DNA of 64,000 nucleotides from NCBI RefSeq assembly GCF_058153355.1, contig NZ_CM177019.1; one strand, 5' to 3'. Shown piece by piece: positions 1 to 9,961 of this stretch (position 1 is its first letter; each line of letters starts with the position of its first letter). The notes under the pieces were generated by a model. It saw only the letters and a program-made list of their open reading frames with translations, ran no database searches and was not told where the DNA came from. The position numbers and the translations under genes were made by a program.

Positions 1-317
1 ACGCCTTTCACGGCAAGGGTCATTCGCGTTTTCGACAGTTCGTCTTCCGGCACCAGTATCTGCCCGCTTTGCGGGTCGATGCGGTAGGTGAGCTTTTCGC
101 CGTCCAGCACGGTGACAATCTGCGACACGGGCAGATTTTCCTGGCGTCCGTAGAGCGAGACGTAGCCGCGATTCCCCGTCCATAGCACGCTGACGATAAT
201 CGCCGTCGCCGCAACAGCAAGCCCCACACCCGCCATCAACGCCCAGCGTTTGTTATCTGCGAGCCGCAGTCGAAACGCCGGAAAGGCCTGGGTTAACTTC
301 TTTATTTGTGCATTCAT
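1..317 (-). CDS. lfiF: Flagellar MS-ring protein FliF homologue, N-terminal part only (runs off the window start)
   Basis: Manual minus-strand translation from ATG at 317 gives MNAQIKKLTQAFPAFRLRLADNKRWALMAGVGLAVAATAIIVSVLW..., with the FliF-like N-terminal transmembrane segment; sits immediately downstream of the fliE homologue. Not in ORF track because no stop lies within the window. Confidence 0.5.
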   Translation of the reverse strand, partial: MNAQIKKLTQAFPAFRLRLADNKRWALMAGVGLAVAATAIIVSVLWTGNRGYVSLYGRQENLPVSQIVTVLDGEKLTYRIDPQSGQILVPEDELSKTRMTLAVKG

Positions 318-321
318 AGGG

Positions 322-663
322 TTAGATCGACATACTCATCAGATCGTTAAATCCGGTGGCGATTTTGTTGCGCACCTGCACCAGCGCGGAGAAAGAGAGC
401 GACGCCTGCTGGCTGGCGATCATCGCCCCGGCGAGGTCATCACTTTTGCCCGTGTCGACAGCCGTTTGCTGCTGCTCCGCCACCTGCTGGAACTGGTCAA
501 CGTGACCGAGCGCACCGGACATAATGCGGTTAAACGACACGTCCGGGTCGGTGGAACTGAAGGTCATGGCGGGTAGCACTGGCGCCTGGGCGTTGGCCTG
601 CATCCGCTGCACGTCCTGCATAATTTGCGCCTGCATGGTGCTGTTGATTGTGGTAATGCTCAT
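322..663 (-). CDS. lfiE: Flagellar hook-basal body protein FliE homologue (Flag-2)
   Basis: 113 aa from the internal Met of ORF 322..885; C-terminus ASLSFSALVQVRNKIATGFNDLMSMSI resembles the FliE signature; start placed at the cat triplet at 661-663. Confidence 0.6.
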   Translation of the reverse strand: MSITTINSTMQAQIMQDVQRMQANAQAPVLPAMTFSSTDPDVSFNRIMSGALGHVDQFQQVAEQQQTAVDTGKSDDLAGAMIASQQASLSFSALVQVRNKIATGFNDLMSMSI

Positions 664-677
664 TTTTAACTTCCGGG

Positions 678-1664
678 TCAGGAGAAAACTTCGATACCGT
701 GCTTGCGCATGGAGGCCAGTCGATAGCGCAGGGCGCGCGGGGTAATGCCTAACAGGTCGGCGATTTTGCTGCGGTTGCCCTGATATTTGCGCATCAGGTC
801 GGCGATATATTGATACTGCGCGCTTCGTCCGTGCTGGCCTAAATCGCCGGTTTCGGCAATGTGGACGGCGGGCTGAACAGGCCATTGCAGTTCACTGTGG
901 TCAGCAATATCGGTGTCCGGCAGGCCTAATGCATCCGGGTAAATTACGCCGTCGCGATTTAAAATCATTCCCCGCTGAATGGCGTTTTCCAGTTGGCGCA
1001 CGTTACCGGGCCAGCGGTAATTAAGCAGCGCGCGGCGGGTAGATTCGGACAGGGTGATATTTTTCACCAGTACCGTGGAGTATTTTTTAATAAATGACTC
1101 TGCCAGCGGAATAATATCGTTCAGGCGTTCACGCAGTGGCGGCATGGTAATAGGGATAACCGCCAGACGATAATAGAGATCTTCACGAAAACGTCCGGCG
1201 GCAACTTCCTGATCCAGTTTTTTATTGGTGCAGGCAATCAGGCGAAAATTGAGTTTGATTTGTCGGTTGCTGCCTAATCGCTCAACCTGTTGTTCCTGCA
1301 AAACGCGTAATATTTTGGCCTGTAGCGCCAGCGGCATTTCACCAATTTCATCGAGTAATAAGGTGCCGTTATTTGCCAGTTCCATTTTTCCTGGCACGCT
1401 GGCAATTGCGCCGGTAAATGCACCTTTGTCGTAGCCAAATAACGTCGATTCCAGCATATTTTCCGGGATCGCCGCGCAGTTCACGCCGATATAGGGCGCG
1501 TTATCATTTTCACCAAAGGCTACGGTGTGAATATATTTCGCCACGCACTCTTTCCCCGCGCCGGTTTCGCCCTGAATCAGGACCGGCACGTTAAAGGCGG
1601 CGACACGCTTTGCCAGAGTAAAAGCGTTTATGCTGGAGGCGGCAGATGCAATAAGTTCAGACAT
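678..1664 (-). CDS. lafK: Sigma-54-dependent transcriptional activator (AAA+ domain plus C-terminal HTH, no receiver domain)
   Basis: Walker A GETGAGKE at residues 32-39, sigma-54 interaction domain, C-terminal HTH; position between lfiM and lfiE matches Flag-2 lafK. Confidence 0.7.
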   Translation of the reverse strand: MSELIASAASSINAFTLAKRVAAFNVPVLIQGETGAGKECVAKYIHTVAFGENDNAPYIGVNCAAIPENMLESTLFGYDKGAFTGAIASVPGKMELANNGTLLLDEIGEMPLALQAKILRVLQEQQVERLGSNRQIKLNFRLIACTNKKLDQEVAAGRFREDLYYRLAVIPITMPPLRERLNDIIPLAESFIKKYSTVLVKNITLSESTRRALLNYRWPGNVRQLENAIQRGMILNRDGVIYPDALGLPDTDIADHSELQWPVQPAVHIAETGDLGQHGRSAQYQYIADLMRKYQGNRSKIADLLGITPRALRYRLASMRKHGIEVFS

Positions 1665-1788
1665 AGGGTGAACAATATAAGTAGCGACAATAATCAGGAT
1701 GTTCTGAAGCGTATCACCGGCGGGATTAACAAGTTTGAATTAAACGATAATAAAAATATTATTTGTTTACAAACAACGAGTTATCCAT

Positions 1789-1872
<84 letters not shown>

Positions 1873-2050
1873 GGGCGTGCAATGTTTTATGACGATGCCT
1901 GATATATCATCCTTTAATAATTTAATTATTTTTTCACCCTATTAATAATTTGCCTGCTTCACGCCCCCTCTATTTAATAACCCACCTTGTGTCACTGCCG
2001 GAATTGCGTGCACAAAAACGCCCATACCATTACAGCAGAGAAAGTAAGCC

Positions 2051-2902
2051 ATGCTGAAGTACAGTAAAACGCCAGGCATCTTTAAATTAGAAGGTAATCG
2101 GCTCGGACGCCCCTACCATCGCCTGCCGACCCTGTTTACGGGGAATTTTGACGTGATTGATTCGCATCTCGGCAGCTACTTTCTCAAAAAGCATCGCAGC
2201 AATATCACCTTAAAAAAGATTGGCTGCGAGATGGATATTATCAATAAAAACGCCGAGTTGATGGTTTCCCAGGTCGGGCATCTGGCGTTTGATATTGATC
2301 GCTCCTTGCTGTTAATGCTGCTGGGCAATTTTTATGGTCTGGAGTCTTCTCTTGAAGAGGCGAAAGCGCATAACGGCCTGCCGACCAAAACCGAAACACG
2401 ATTAAAGAACCGACTCGCGCTGGATATCTGCACGCTGATATTTAATCTGCAAACCTCCGGTATTGCGCTGAAATTAAAGCTGGACAGCAGCACGGTAATT
2501 ACCCACTGGGCGTATCAATTAACCTTTACCCTCGCGGGCGATGAAGAGAGCCGTTTTCGTATTTTGCTCGACGATGCCCACACCGATTTTATTTTAAATC
2601 TGATCCGCCACAGTGAGCACAGTAAACCGCAGCAGGTGGCGAAATCCGTCAACAAGCCGGCACTGATTAAAGAGATCATCCGCTCTCTGCCGTTGACCCT
2701 GAACGTCAAAATCGCCGAGCTGTCGATGAATGTTGCCGATCTGGCGCAGATAAAAGCCGGAGATATTTTACCCATCTCGCTGGGAGAAACATTCCCGGTG
2801 GCGATTGGGCAATCTGAATTATTTAGCGCCCTGATAGTGGAAGACAAAGACAAACTGTTTTTGTCGGAGCTGGCGGGCAAAAATGAGAATAGCCATGAGT
2901 AA
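2051..2902 (+). CDS. lfiM: Flagellar motor switch protein FliM homologue (Flag-2)
   Basis: 283 aa with C-terminal SpoA-like segment (IKAGDILPISLGE); position upstream of fliN homologue. Confidence 0.6.
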   Translation: MLKYSKTPGIFKLEGNRLGRPYHRLPTLFTGNFDVIDSHLGSYFLKKHRSNITLKKIGCEMDIINKNAELMVSQVGHLAFDIDRSLLLMLLGNFYGLESSLEEAKAHNGLPTKTETRLKNRLALDICTLIFNLQTSGIALKLKLDSSTVITHWAYQLTFTLAGDEESRFRILLDDAHTDFILNLIRHSEHSKPQQVAKSVNKPALIKEIIRSLPLTLNVKIAELSMNVADLAQIKAGDILPISLGETFPVAIGQSELFSALIVEDKDKLFLSELAGKNENSHE

Positions 2903-3266
2903 GCAAGAAGATATTTTAGCCGGGGATTTTGGCCTCACCGATGACGTTGCGCCTGTCACGAAATCCGCCGACGCCGACACGCTGGTCACTCGCCTGGAAG
3001 ACCGCTTTTCCGACTCGATGACGCTGCTGAAACGCATTCCGGTGACCTTAACGCTGGAAGTGTCGTCGGTGGAAATCATGTTAGCCGACCTGCTGAACAT
3101 CGACGACGACACGGTGATTGAACTGGATAAGCTCGCCGGGGAGCCGCTGGATATTAAAGTGAACAATATCCTGCTGGGCAAAGCGGAAGTGGTGGTGGTC
3201 AACGAGAAGTACGGCCTGCGCGTGCTGGAATTTAACACCCGCGATATCAACGACCTGGCACCATGA
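2883..3266 (+). CDS. lfiN: Flagellar motor switch protein FliN homologue
   Basis: 127 aa, SpoA domain (NNILLGKAEVVVVNEKYGLRVLEF); overlaps neighbours as in export operons. Confidence 0.75.
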   Translation: MRIAMSKQEDILAGDFGLTDDVAPVTKSADADTLVTRLEDRFSDSMTLLKRIPVTLTLEVSSVEIMLADLLNIDDDTVIELDKLAGEPLDIKVNNILLGKAEVVVVNEKYGLRVLEFNTRDINDLAP

Positions 3267-4015
3267 AACGCCGCACTCAACTGACGCTGGGCCTGGCTCT
3301 GCTGGCGCTCGCGCCGCTGGCATTAGCCCAGGGCGGCGATATTGCGCTGCTTAATGTGGTCACTCACGGCAACACTCAGGAGTACAGCGTCAAAATTCAG
3401 GTACTGATTCTGATGACCCTCGTCGGTTTGTTGCCGACGATGGTGCTGATGATGACCTGCTTTACGCGCTTTATTATCGTGCTTTCACTACTGCGTCAGG
3501 CGCTGGGGCTGCAACAAACGCCGCCAAACCGTATTCTGATTGGCATTGCGCTCTCCCTCACCCTGCTGGTGATGCGCCCCATCTGGCTCAATATTTACGA
3601 CCACGCGGTAGTACCGTTTGAAAACGATCAGATTACCCTGACCGATGCGTTAAGCACCGCCGCGACGCCGCTGAAACGCTTTATGCTGGCGCAGACCGAC
3701 AAAAAAGCGATGGCGCAAATCATGACCATCGGCGGCGCAAAGGGCAATGCCGCCGACCAGGATCTCTCCATCGTGGTGCCCGCCTATGTGCTGAGCGAGC
3801 TGAAAACCGCTTTCCAGATTGGCTTTATGATTTACATCCCGTTTCTGGTTATCGACCTGATTGTCGCCAGCGTATTGATGGCGATGGGGATGATGATGCT
3901 GTCGCCGCTGATCGTTTCGCTGCCCTTTAAGCTGATGCTGTTTGTGCTGATCGACGGCTGGTCGTTGACCATCGGCACGCTCACCACCAGCATTCGCGGA
4001 CTGGGGCTGGGCTGA
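3263..4015 (+). CDS. lfiP: Flagellar export apparatus protein FliP homologue
   Basis: 250 aa, signal peptide plus conserved FliP membrane core. Confidence 0.9.
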   Translation: MKRRTQLTLGLALLALAPLALAQGGDIALLNVVTHGNTQEYSVKIQVLILMTLVGLLPTMVLMMTCFTRFIIVLSLLRQALGLQQTPPNRILIGIALSLTLLVMRPIWLNIYDHAVVPFENDQITLTDALSTAATPLKRFMLAQTDKKAMAQIMTIGGAKGNAADQDLSIVVPAYVLSELKTAFQIGFMIYIPFLVIDLIVASVLMAMGMMMLSPLIVSLPFKLMLFVLIDGWSLTIGTLTTSIRGLGLG

Positions 4016-4017
4016 TT

Positions 4018-4290
4018 ATGCTGACCGTTGACGTAGCCGCCGACATTGTCGCCAGCGGCATAAAAGTGGTGATTTTACTGGTTTCGGTACTGGTGGTGCC
4101 AAGCCTGCTCGTTGGCCTGCTGGTGAGCGTGTTCCAGGCGGTGACGCAGATTAACGAACAGACCCTGAGCTTTTTGCCGAGGCTGATTGTCACGCTGGTG
4201 GTGCTGGGGATATGCGGCAAATGGATGATTATCCAGTTGCATGACCTGTGCATTCACCTGTTTAGCCAGGCCGCGTTGCTGGTGCATTAA
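4018..4290 (+). CDS. lfiQ: Flagellar export apparatus protein FliQ homologue
   Basis: 90 aa, two hydrophobic helices, positioned between fliP and fliR homologues. Confidence 0.85.
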   Translation: MLTVDVAADIVASGIKVVILLVSVLVVPSLLVGLLVSVFQAVTQINEQTLSFLPRLIVTLVVLGICGKWMIIQLHDLCIHLFSQAALLVH

Positions 4291-4291
4291 G

Positions 4292-5074
4292 ATGCGCACA
4301 AGCGACGTTACGCAACTGACGGATCTGGCGCTGGGGCTGTGGTTTCCCTTCGTGCGCATTATGGCGTTTCTGCGCTATGTGCCGGTGCTGGATAACAGCG
4401 CCCTGACCATGCGCGTGCGGATTATTTTGTCGCTGGCACTGGCAATCATCATCACGCCGTTGATCCCCCATCCCATTCCCCATGATTTGCTCTCGCTCAA
4501 CAGCCTAATCCTGACGGTGGAGCAAATCTTATGGGGCATGTTATTCGGGCTGATGTTTCAGTTTCTGTTTCTGGCGCTGCAACTTGCCGGGCAAATTCTC
4601 TCGTTCAATATGGGGATGAGCATGGCGGTGATGAACGACCCGAGCAGCGGCACATCGACCACCGTGCTGGCGGAGCTTATCAACGTCTACGCGATCCTGC
4701 TGTTTTTTGCCATGGACGGGCATCTGTTGCTGGTGAGCGTGTTGTATAAGGGCTTCACCTACTGGCCGATTGGCAACGCGCTGCATCCGCAAACCCTGCG
4801 CACCATCGCGCTGGCCTTTAGCTGGGTGCTGGCGTCCGCATCGCTGCTGGCGCTGCCGACCACTTTTATCATGCTGATTGTGCAGGGCTGCTTTGGCCTG
4901 CTCAACCGCATTGCGCCGCCGCTGAACCTTTTTTCGCTCGGCTTTCCCATCAACATGCTGGCGGGGCTGGTCTGCTTTGCCACCCTGCTCTACAACCTGC
5001 CGGATCACTATCTGCATCTGGCGAATTTTGTGTTGCAGCAGCTCGACGCGCTGAAAGGTCACTATGGCGGATAG
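4292..5074 (+). CDS. lfiR: Flagellar export apparatus protein FliR homologue
   Basis: Polytopic membrane protein; start moved to ATG 4292 immediately after the lfiQ stop (ORF track start 4241 overlaps lfiQ). Confidence 0.8.
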   Translation: MRTSDVTQLTDLALGLWFPFVRIMAFLRYVPVLDNSALTMRVRIILSLALAIIITPLIPHPIPHDLLSLNSLILTVEQILWGMLFGLMFQFLFLALQLAGQILSFNMGMSMAVMNDPSSGTSTTVLAELINVYAILLFFAMDGHLLLVSVLYKGFTYWPIGNALHPQTLRTIALAFSWVLASASLLALPTTFIMLIVQGCFGLLNRIAPPLNLFSLGFPINMLAGLVCFATLLYNLPDHYLHLANFVLQQLDALKGHYGG

Positions 5075-6203
5075 CAGCAGCGAAGAAAAAACAGAGAAAC
5101 CCTCGGCGCAAAAGCTGCGTAAAGCGCGTGAAGAGGGACAACTGCCGCGCTCAAAGGATATGGGGCTGGCGGCGAGCCTGTTTGCGGCGTTTGTGGTGAT
5201 CTCCAGCAGTTTCCCGTGGTATGCCGATTTTGTGCGCGAGAGTTTTATCAGCGTGCATCAGTACGCGCAGGAGATTAATAACCCGGACGTTATCGGCCAG
5301 TTTCTGCGCCATCACCTGTTAATTCTCGGCAAGTTTATTCTCACGTTGCTGCCGATGCCCGCCGCCGCGCTGCTCTCTTCGCTGGTGCCCGGTGGCTGGC
5401 TGTTTCTGCCGAAAAAGATCCTCCCGGATTTCAGCAAAATCAGCCCGTTAAAAGGCATTGGTCGGCTGTTTTCCAGTGAACATCTGGCGGAAACAGGCAA
5501 GATGACGGCGAAGTCGGTGGTGGTGCTGGTGATGCTGTGGATTAGCCTGCGCAATAACTTTTCTGCCTTTCTCGGCCTGCAGGCGCTGCCGTTCAAACTG
5601 GCGATGAATGAAGGTTTATCGCTCTACGCCAGCGTGATGCGCAACTTTGTCATCCTGTTTATTTTCTTCGCGCTGATCGACGTGCCGCTGGCGAAAGCCC
5701 TGTTCACCAAAGGGCTGAAGATGACTAAGCAGGAGCTGAAAGAAGAGTACAAAAATCAGGAGGGCAAGCCTGAAGTGAAGGCGCGTGTGCGGCGGCTGCA
5801 ACGGCAGCTGGCGATGGGGCAAATCCGCAAAGTGGTGCCGAAAGCCAACGTGGTGATCACCAACCCGACCCACTACGCCGTAGCGTTGCAGTATGACCAG
5901 TCGCGCGCCGCTGCGCCGTTTGTGGTGGCGAAAGGCACCGATGAAATCGCCCTCTATATTCGCCAGGTCGCCACTGAGAATCAGGTGGAAGTGGTCGAGT
6001 TCCCGCGGCTGGCGCGCTCGGTTTACTACACCACCCAGGTGAATCAGCAAATTCCGTTTCAGCTTTACCGGGCCATCGCCCACGTTCTGACCTACGTCCT
6101 GCAAATGAAACACTGGCGCGACGGCGCACAGCCGCGCCCGGCTCTGAACAGACATATTTCCATTCCCAAAGAGGTGCTTAAACTGGATGGCGAAAACAAC
6201 TAA
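5064..6203 (+). CDS. lfhB: Flagellar export switch protein FlhB homologue
   Basis: 379 aa, FlhB/YscU family including the NPTH autocleavage motif (VITNPTHYAVAL). Confidence 0.9.
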   Translation: MADSSSEEKTEKPSAQKLRKAREEGQLPRSKDMGLAASLFAAFVVISSSFPWYADFVRESFISVHQYAQEINNPDVIGQFLRHHLLILGKFILTLLPMPAAALLSSLVPGGWLFLPKKILPDFSKISPLKGIGRLFSSEHLAETGKMTAKSVVVLVMLWISLRNNFSAFLGLQALPFKLAMNEGLSLYASVMRNFVILFIFFALIDVPLAKALFTKGLKMTKQELKEEYKNQEGKPEVKARVRRLQRQLAMGQIRKVVPKANVVITNPTHYAVALQYDQSRAAAPFVVAKGTDEIALYIRQVATENQVEVVEFPRLARSVYYTTQVNQQIPFQLYRAIAHVLTYVLQMKHWRDGAQPRPALNRHISIPKEVLKLDGENN

Positions 6204-8280
6204 ATCGTTCCTCGCGCTACTGCGCGGCGGCAATCTCGGCGTGCCGCTGGTGATCTTGTGTATTCTGGCGATGGTTATTTTGCCGCTGCCGCCTGCGCTG
6301 CTGGATATTCTGTTCACCTTCAACATTGTGCTGGCGGTGATGGTGCTGCTGGTGGCGGTGTCGGCGAAACGTCCGCTGGAATTCAGCCTGTTCCCGACTA
6401 TTTTGCTGATCACCACCTTAATGCGACTGACGCTTAACGTTGCTTCTACGCGCGTGGTGCTGCTGCACGGGCATCTCGGCGCGGGCGCAGCGGGTAAGGT
6501 GATTGAGTCGTTTGGTCAGGTGGTGATTGGCGGCAACTTTGTTGTCGGTTTCGTGGTGTTTATCATCCTGATGATCATCAACTTTATTGTCGTCACCAAA
6601 GGGGCCGAGCGTATCTCCGAGGTTTCTGCCCGCTTTACCCTGGACGCGATGCCCGGCAAGCAGATGGCGATTGACGCCGACCTTAACGCCGGATTGATCA
6701 ATCAGGCGCAGGCGCAGACCCGGCGTAAAGATGTTGCCAGCGAGGCCGATTTCTACGGCGCGATGGACGGGGCATCAAAATTTGTGCGCGGGGATGCCAT
6801 CGCCGGGATGATGATTCTGGCGATCAACCTGATCGGCGGCGTCTGTATCGGGATCTTCAAATACAATCTGAGCGCCGATGCCGCCTTCCAGCAGTATGTG
6901 CTGATGACCATCGGTGACGGCCTGGTGGCGCAGATCCCTTCCCTGCTGCTCTCCACCGCGGCGGCGATTATCGTCACCCGCGTCAGCGACAACGGCGATA
7001 TCGCCCATGATGTGCGCCACCAGCTGCTGGCAAGCCCGTCGGTGCTCTACACCGCCACCGGGATTATGTTCGTGCTGGCAGTGGTGCCAGGAATGCCGCA
7101 CTTCCCGTTCCTGATGTTCAGCGCCCTGCTTGGCTATACCGGCTGGAGGATGAGCAAACAACCGCAGGCGGCGGAGGCGGAAGAGAAAAGCCTCGAAACG
7201 CTGACCCGCACAATCACTGAAACCAGCGAGCAACAGGTCAGTTGGGAAACCATTCCGCTGATCGAGCCCATCAGTTTAAGCCTCGGTTACAAGCTGGTGG
7301 CGCTGGTGGACAAAGCGCAGGGTAACCCGCTCACCCAGCGGATTCGCGGCGTGCGGCAGGTGATTTCCGACGGCAACGGCGTGCTGCTGCCGGAGATCCG
7401 CATTCGCGAAAACTTCCGCCTCAAGCCCAGTCAGTACGCCATTTTCATCAACGGCATTAAGGCTGATGAAGCGGATATTCCGGCGGATAAACTGATGGCC
7501 CTGCCCTCCAGCGAAACCTACGGCGAGATTGACGGCGTGCTGGGGAACGACCCGGCGTACGGGATGCCGGTGACCTGGATTCAGCCCGCGCAGAAGGCGA
7601 AGGCGCTGAATATGGGGTATCAGGTGATCGACAGTGCCAGCGTAATTGCCACACATGTGAATAAGATTGTGCGCAGCTATATTCCTGATTTGTTTAACTA
7701 TGACGATATTACTCAGCTGCATAACCGTTTGTCGTCGATGGCACCGCGCCTGGCAGAGGATTTGAGTGCGGCGCTGAATTACAGCCAGTTGCTGAAAGTG
7801 TACCGGGCGCTGCTGACCGAAGGCGTTTCCCTGCGCGATATCGTCACCATCGCCACCGTGCTGGTCGCCAGTAGCACCGTCACCAAAGATCATATTCTGC
7901 TGGCGGCCGATGTGCGCCTGGCACTGCGGCGCAGCATTACCCATCCGTTCGTTCGCAAGCAGGAGCTGACGGTGTATACGCTGAATAATGAGCTGGAAAA
8001 CCTGCTGACCAACGTGGTGAATCAGGCGCAACAGGGTGGCAAAGTGATGCTCGATAGCGTGCCGGTGGACCCGAATATGCTCAACCAGTTCCAGAGCACG
8101 ATGCCGCAGGTGAAGGAGCAGATGAAAGCCGCAGGTAAAGACCCGGTGCTGCTGGTGCCGCCGCAGCTGCGCCCTTTGCTGGCGCGCTACGCAAGGTTGT
8201 TTGCGCCGGGGCTGCATGTGCTGTCGTATAACGAAGTGCCGTATGAGCTGGAGTTGAAGATTATGGGGGCGTTGAGTTGA
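6187..8280 (+). CDS. lfhA: Flagellar export gate protein FlhA homologue (full length; K-12 keeps only the fhiA remnant)
   Basis: 697 aa, FlhA/YscV family: N-terminal membrane domain and cytoplasmic C-terminal domain. Confidence 0.9.
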   Translation: MAKTTKSFLALLRGGNLGVPLVILCILAMVILPLPPALLDILFTFNIVLAVMVLLVAVSAKRPLEFSLFPTILLITTLMRLTLNVASTRVVLLHGHLGAGAAGKVIESFGQVVIGGNFVVGFVVFIILMIINFIVVTKGAERISEVSARFTLDAMPGKQMAIDADLNAGLINQAQAQTRRKDVASEADFYGAMDGASKFVRGDAIAGMMILAINLIGGVCIGIFKYNLSADAAFQQYVLMTIGDGLVAQIPSLLLSTAAAIIVTRVSDNGDIAHDVRHQLLASPSVLYTATGIMFVLAVVPGMPHFPFLMFSALLGYTGWRMSKQPQAAEAEEKSLETLTRTITETSEQQVSWETIPLIEPISLSLGYKLVALVDKAQGNPLTQRIRGVRQVISDGNGVLLPEIRIRENFRLKPSQYAIFINGIKADEADIPADKLMALPSSETYGEIDGVLGNDPAYGMPVTWIQPAQKAKALNMGYQVIDSASVIATHVNKIVRSYIPDLFNYDDITQLHNRLSSMAPRLAEDLSAALNYSQLLKVYRALLTEGVSLRDIVTIATVLVASSTVTKDHILLAADVRLALRRSITHPFVRKQELTVYTLNNELENLLTNVVNQAQQGGKVMLDSVPVDPNMLNQFQSTMPQVKEQMKAAGKDPVLLVPPQLRPLLARYARLFAPGLHVLSYNEVPYELELKIMGALS

Positions 8281-8311
8281 TTGAGGATTCTTTTCCATAC
8301 TTTGCAGCACC

Positions 8312-8372
8312 TGACACCATTAATTGACGTCACACTGCAAAGAGACTACGATGACACCATACAATGACGTCA
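8312..8372 (+). promoter_or_regulatory. Two 21-bp direct repeats, each containing the palindrome TGACGTCA; candidate operator/promoter of the downstream TA pair
   Basis: tgacaccattaattgacgtca (8312-8332) and tgacaccatacaatgacgtca (8352-8372), 40 bp apart, immediately 5' of the HicA-like ORF. Confidence 0.35.
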
Positions 8373-8384
8373 TGGATTGATAGT

Positions 8385-8663
8385 ATGATTAAGGTCAGCG
8401 CGCTAGGCTCTCGTCATAGAAAAACATTCGACGATGTAATGACGGAGCCGCCAAAATCTGGAATTAAATGGGATGATGTTGTTGCTCTCATTAAAGCGGT
8501 GGGTGGATCAATAAAAAATAACAACGGCTCCAGACGAAAATTTCAGATTGGAACGACCAAATTCAGCACACATGAGCCGCATCCAAAGAATGTGATGGAT
8601 AAAGGCGCAGTAGCAGGTCTTAAGGAGTGGTTTGTTAACTGTGTAGGGGTAGATTATGAATAA
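8385..8663 (+). CDS. HicA-like (YcfA family) putative mRNA-interferase toxin
   Basis: Small basic protein with GSRRKF...THEPHPK pattern resembling HicA; start ambiguous (ATG 8364 lies inside the repeat, ATG 8385 preferred); overlaps downstream partner. Confidence 0.4.
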   Translation: MIKVSALGSRHRKTFDDVMTEPPKSGIKWDDVVALIKAVGGSIKNNNGSRRKFQIGTTKFSTHEPHPKNVMDKGAVAGLKEWFVNCVGVDYE

Positions 8664-9012
8664 AGCATCGAACATTATCACAATTAAAGGTCAACCAGCC
8701 GCAGTGACATTTGAAGCCGATATCAACGCATTTCGCGGCAAGTTCCTCAATGTAAACGGTTATTGTGACTTTGTAGCCACAAGTATTGAGGCATTATATC
8801 GTGAAGGCGAAAGCGCTCTGGATGAGTGGATGGCGGATTGTGAAGAGGACGGTATTGCCCCTTTTCGTGAAGAAGAAGAGCAAAAACGCCTGACGCTTCG
8901 TGTGCCGCATCACATCGATTCGCGGCTGACCATCGTCGCCAGACAACATTCCATTTCAAAAAACCAGCTCATTATTGATGTCTTAGAACGTGAGTTTTCA
9001 GCCCAGATGTAA
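8656..9012 (+). CDS. HicB-like antitoxin with C-terminal ribbon-helix-helix
   Basis: 118 aa; C-terminus RLTLRVPHHIDSRLTIVARQHSISKNQLIIDVLEREF is RHH/CopG-like; 8-nt overlap with upstream ORF. Confidence 0.45.
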   Translation: MNKASNIITIKGQPAAVTFEADINAFRGKFLNVNGYCDFVATSIEALYREGESALDEWMADCEEDGIAPFREEEEQKRLTLRVPHHIDSRLTIVARQHSISKNQLIIDVLEREFSAQM

Positions 9013-9034
9013 ACAGGTCGTCAATATTACCCAT

Positions 9035-9784
9035 TTACAAAATCGTCTCTTCCGTCAAAATCCGCCGCGCGCCTAAAAAATGATCCTGCCAGAAAGGTTC
9101 AGCTAACCGACTTACCCGAATGGTTTCCCCGGTGCGCGGCGACTCGATAAACTGACCGTCTCCCAGATACACGCCCATATGGTCGGCAATCTCGCGGCTG
9201 TGAATATGGAAAAACAGCAAATCTCCCCGGCGCAGGTCGTTATTTGCCACAATGGTTGCCCGACGGTAGTGATACATCTCATTGGCCGTGCGCGGGAGTT
9301 TCGCCTCGAGGATCTTGTTGTAGGCATAAAAAACCAACCCGCTACAGTCGAAGCCTTGATCGGATCGCGTGCCGCCCCAGACGTATGGCTTGCCAAGCTG
9401 CTGCTCCAGACGGTGAATCGCCACTTCGGTGATATTATGCAGGTGGTTACTGCTGAGGAAATGATTGTTTTCCGCCAGCGCCTGCCAGCGTCTGTCACTC
9501 GCCTTGAGCGGCGCAGGAAACCATTCTGGATGCTGTTTTATCTGTTCGCGGTTGTGTTGCCGCAGTGCCCTTCTGCTTTCGGCATTGCCTTCCACAATAT
9601 AGCTGGCCTGCTTTTTCAGATGAATTTGGTACTGTTTTAATAAACGCGCACGGTTTTGCATCCGCTGGCGGGCGGCGTAGCTGAAAGAGATATGTGATGC
9701 GGTGGCGCTGGCAAATGAAGAAAACGGCAAGCAAAGCAACAATAATCCCGACAACACAAAAGAGGGAATCGACGGCAAAGACAT
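9035..9784 (-). CDS. yafL: NlpC/P60-family lipoprotein YafL
   Basis: Near-identity to recalled K-12 YafL (MSLPSIPSF..., NlpC/P60 Cys-His core); start moved to the internal Met at 9784. Confidence 0.85.
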   Translation of the reverse strand: MSLPSIPSFVLSGLLLLCLPFSSFASATASHISFSYAARQRMQNRARLLKQYQIHLKKQASYIVEGNAESRRALRQHNREQIKQHPEWFPAPLKASDRRWQALAENNHFLSSNHLHNITEVAIHRLEQQLGKPYVWGGTRSDQGFDCSGLVFYAYNKILEAKLPRTANEMYHYRRATIVANNDLRRGDLLFFHIHSREIADHMGVYLGDGQFIESPRTGETIRVSRLAEPFWQDHFLGARRILTEETIL

Positions 9785-9961
9785 TCTCAATAATGGCTGG
9801 TCATGCATTGATGTTGCAGTGTATCCCGGCCCGTACCTGAACAAACTTAATAAACCATTATTATAAAATTAATAAATATATTTCAGTTAATTATGTAAAA
9901 ACATCCGTTTATTAAATTACTCATGGATTGTCGTTGTTGCTCATTTGAGCTACAATTCAAG

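Noticed and set aside
20-229. 69-aa minus-strand ORF at the window start
   Set aside because: Out of frame with, and fully inside, the FliF-like N-terminal coding sequence (1..317); Arg/Cys-rich shadow ORF.
322-885. 187-aa ORF as called by the track
   Set aside because: Its first 74 codons overlap the lafK 3' end; the FliE-like protein starts at the internal Met (663).
1881-2050. Possible sigma-54 promoter upstream of lfiM (ggaattgcgtgca)
   Set aside because: The -24 and -12 elements cannot be placed with the required GG-N10-GC spacing.
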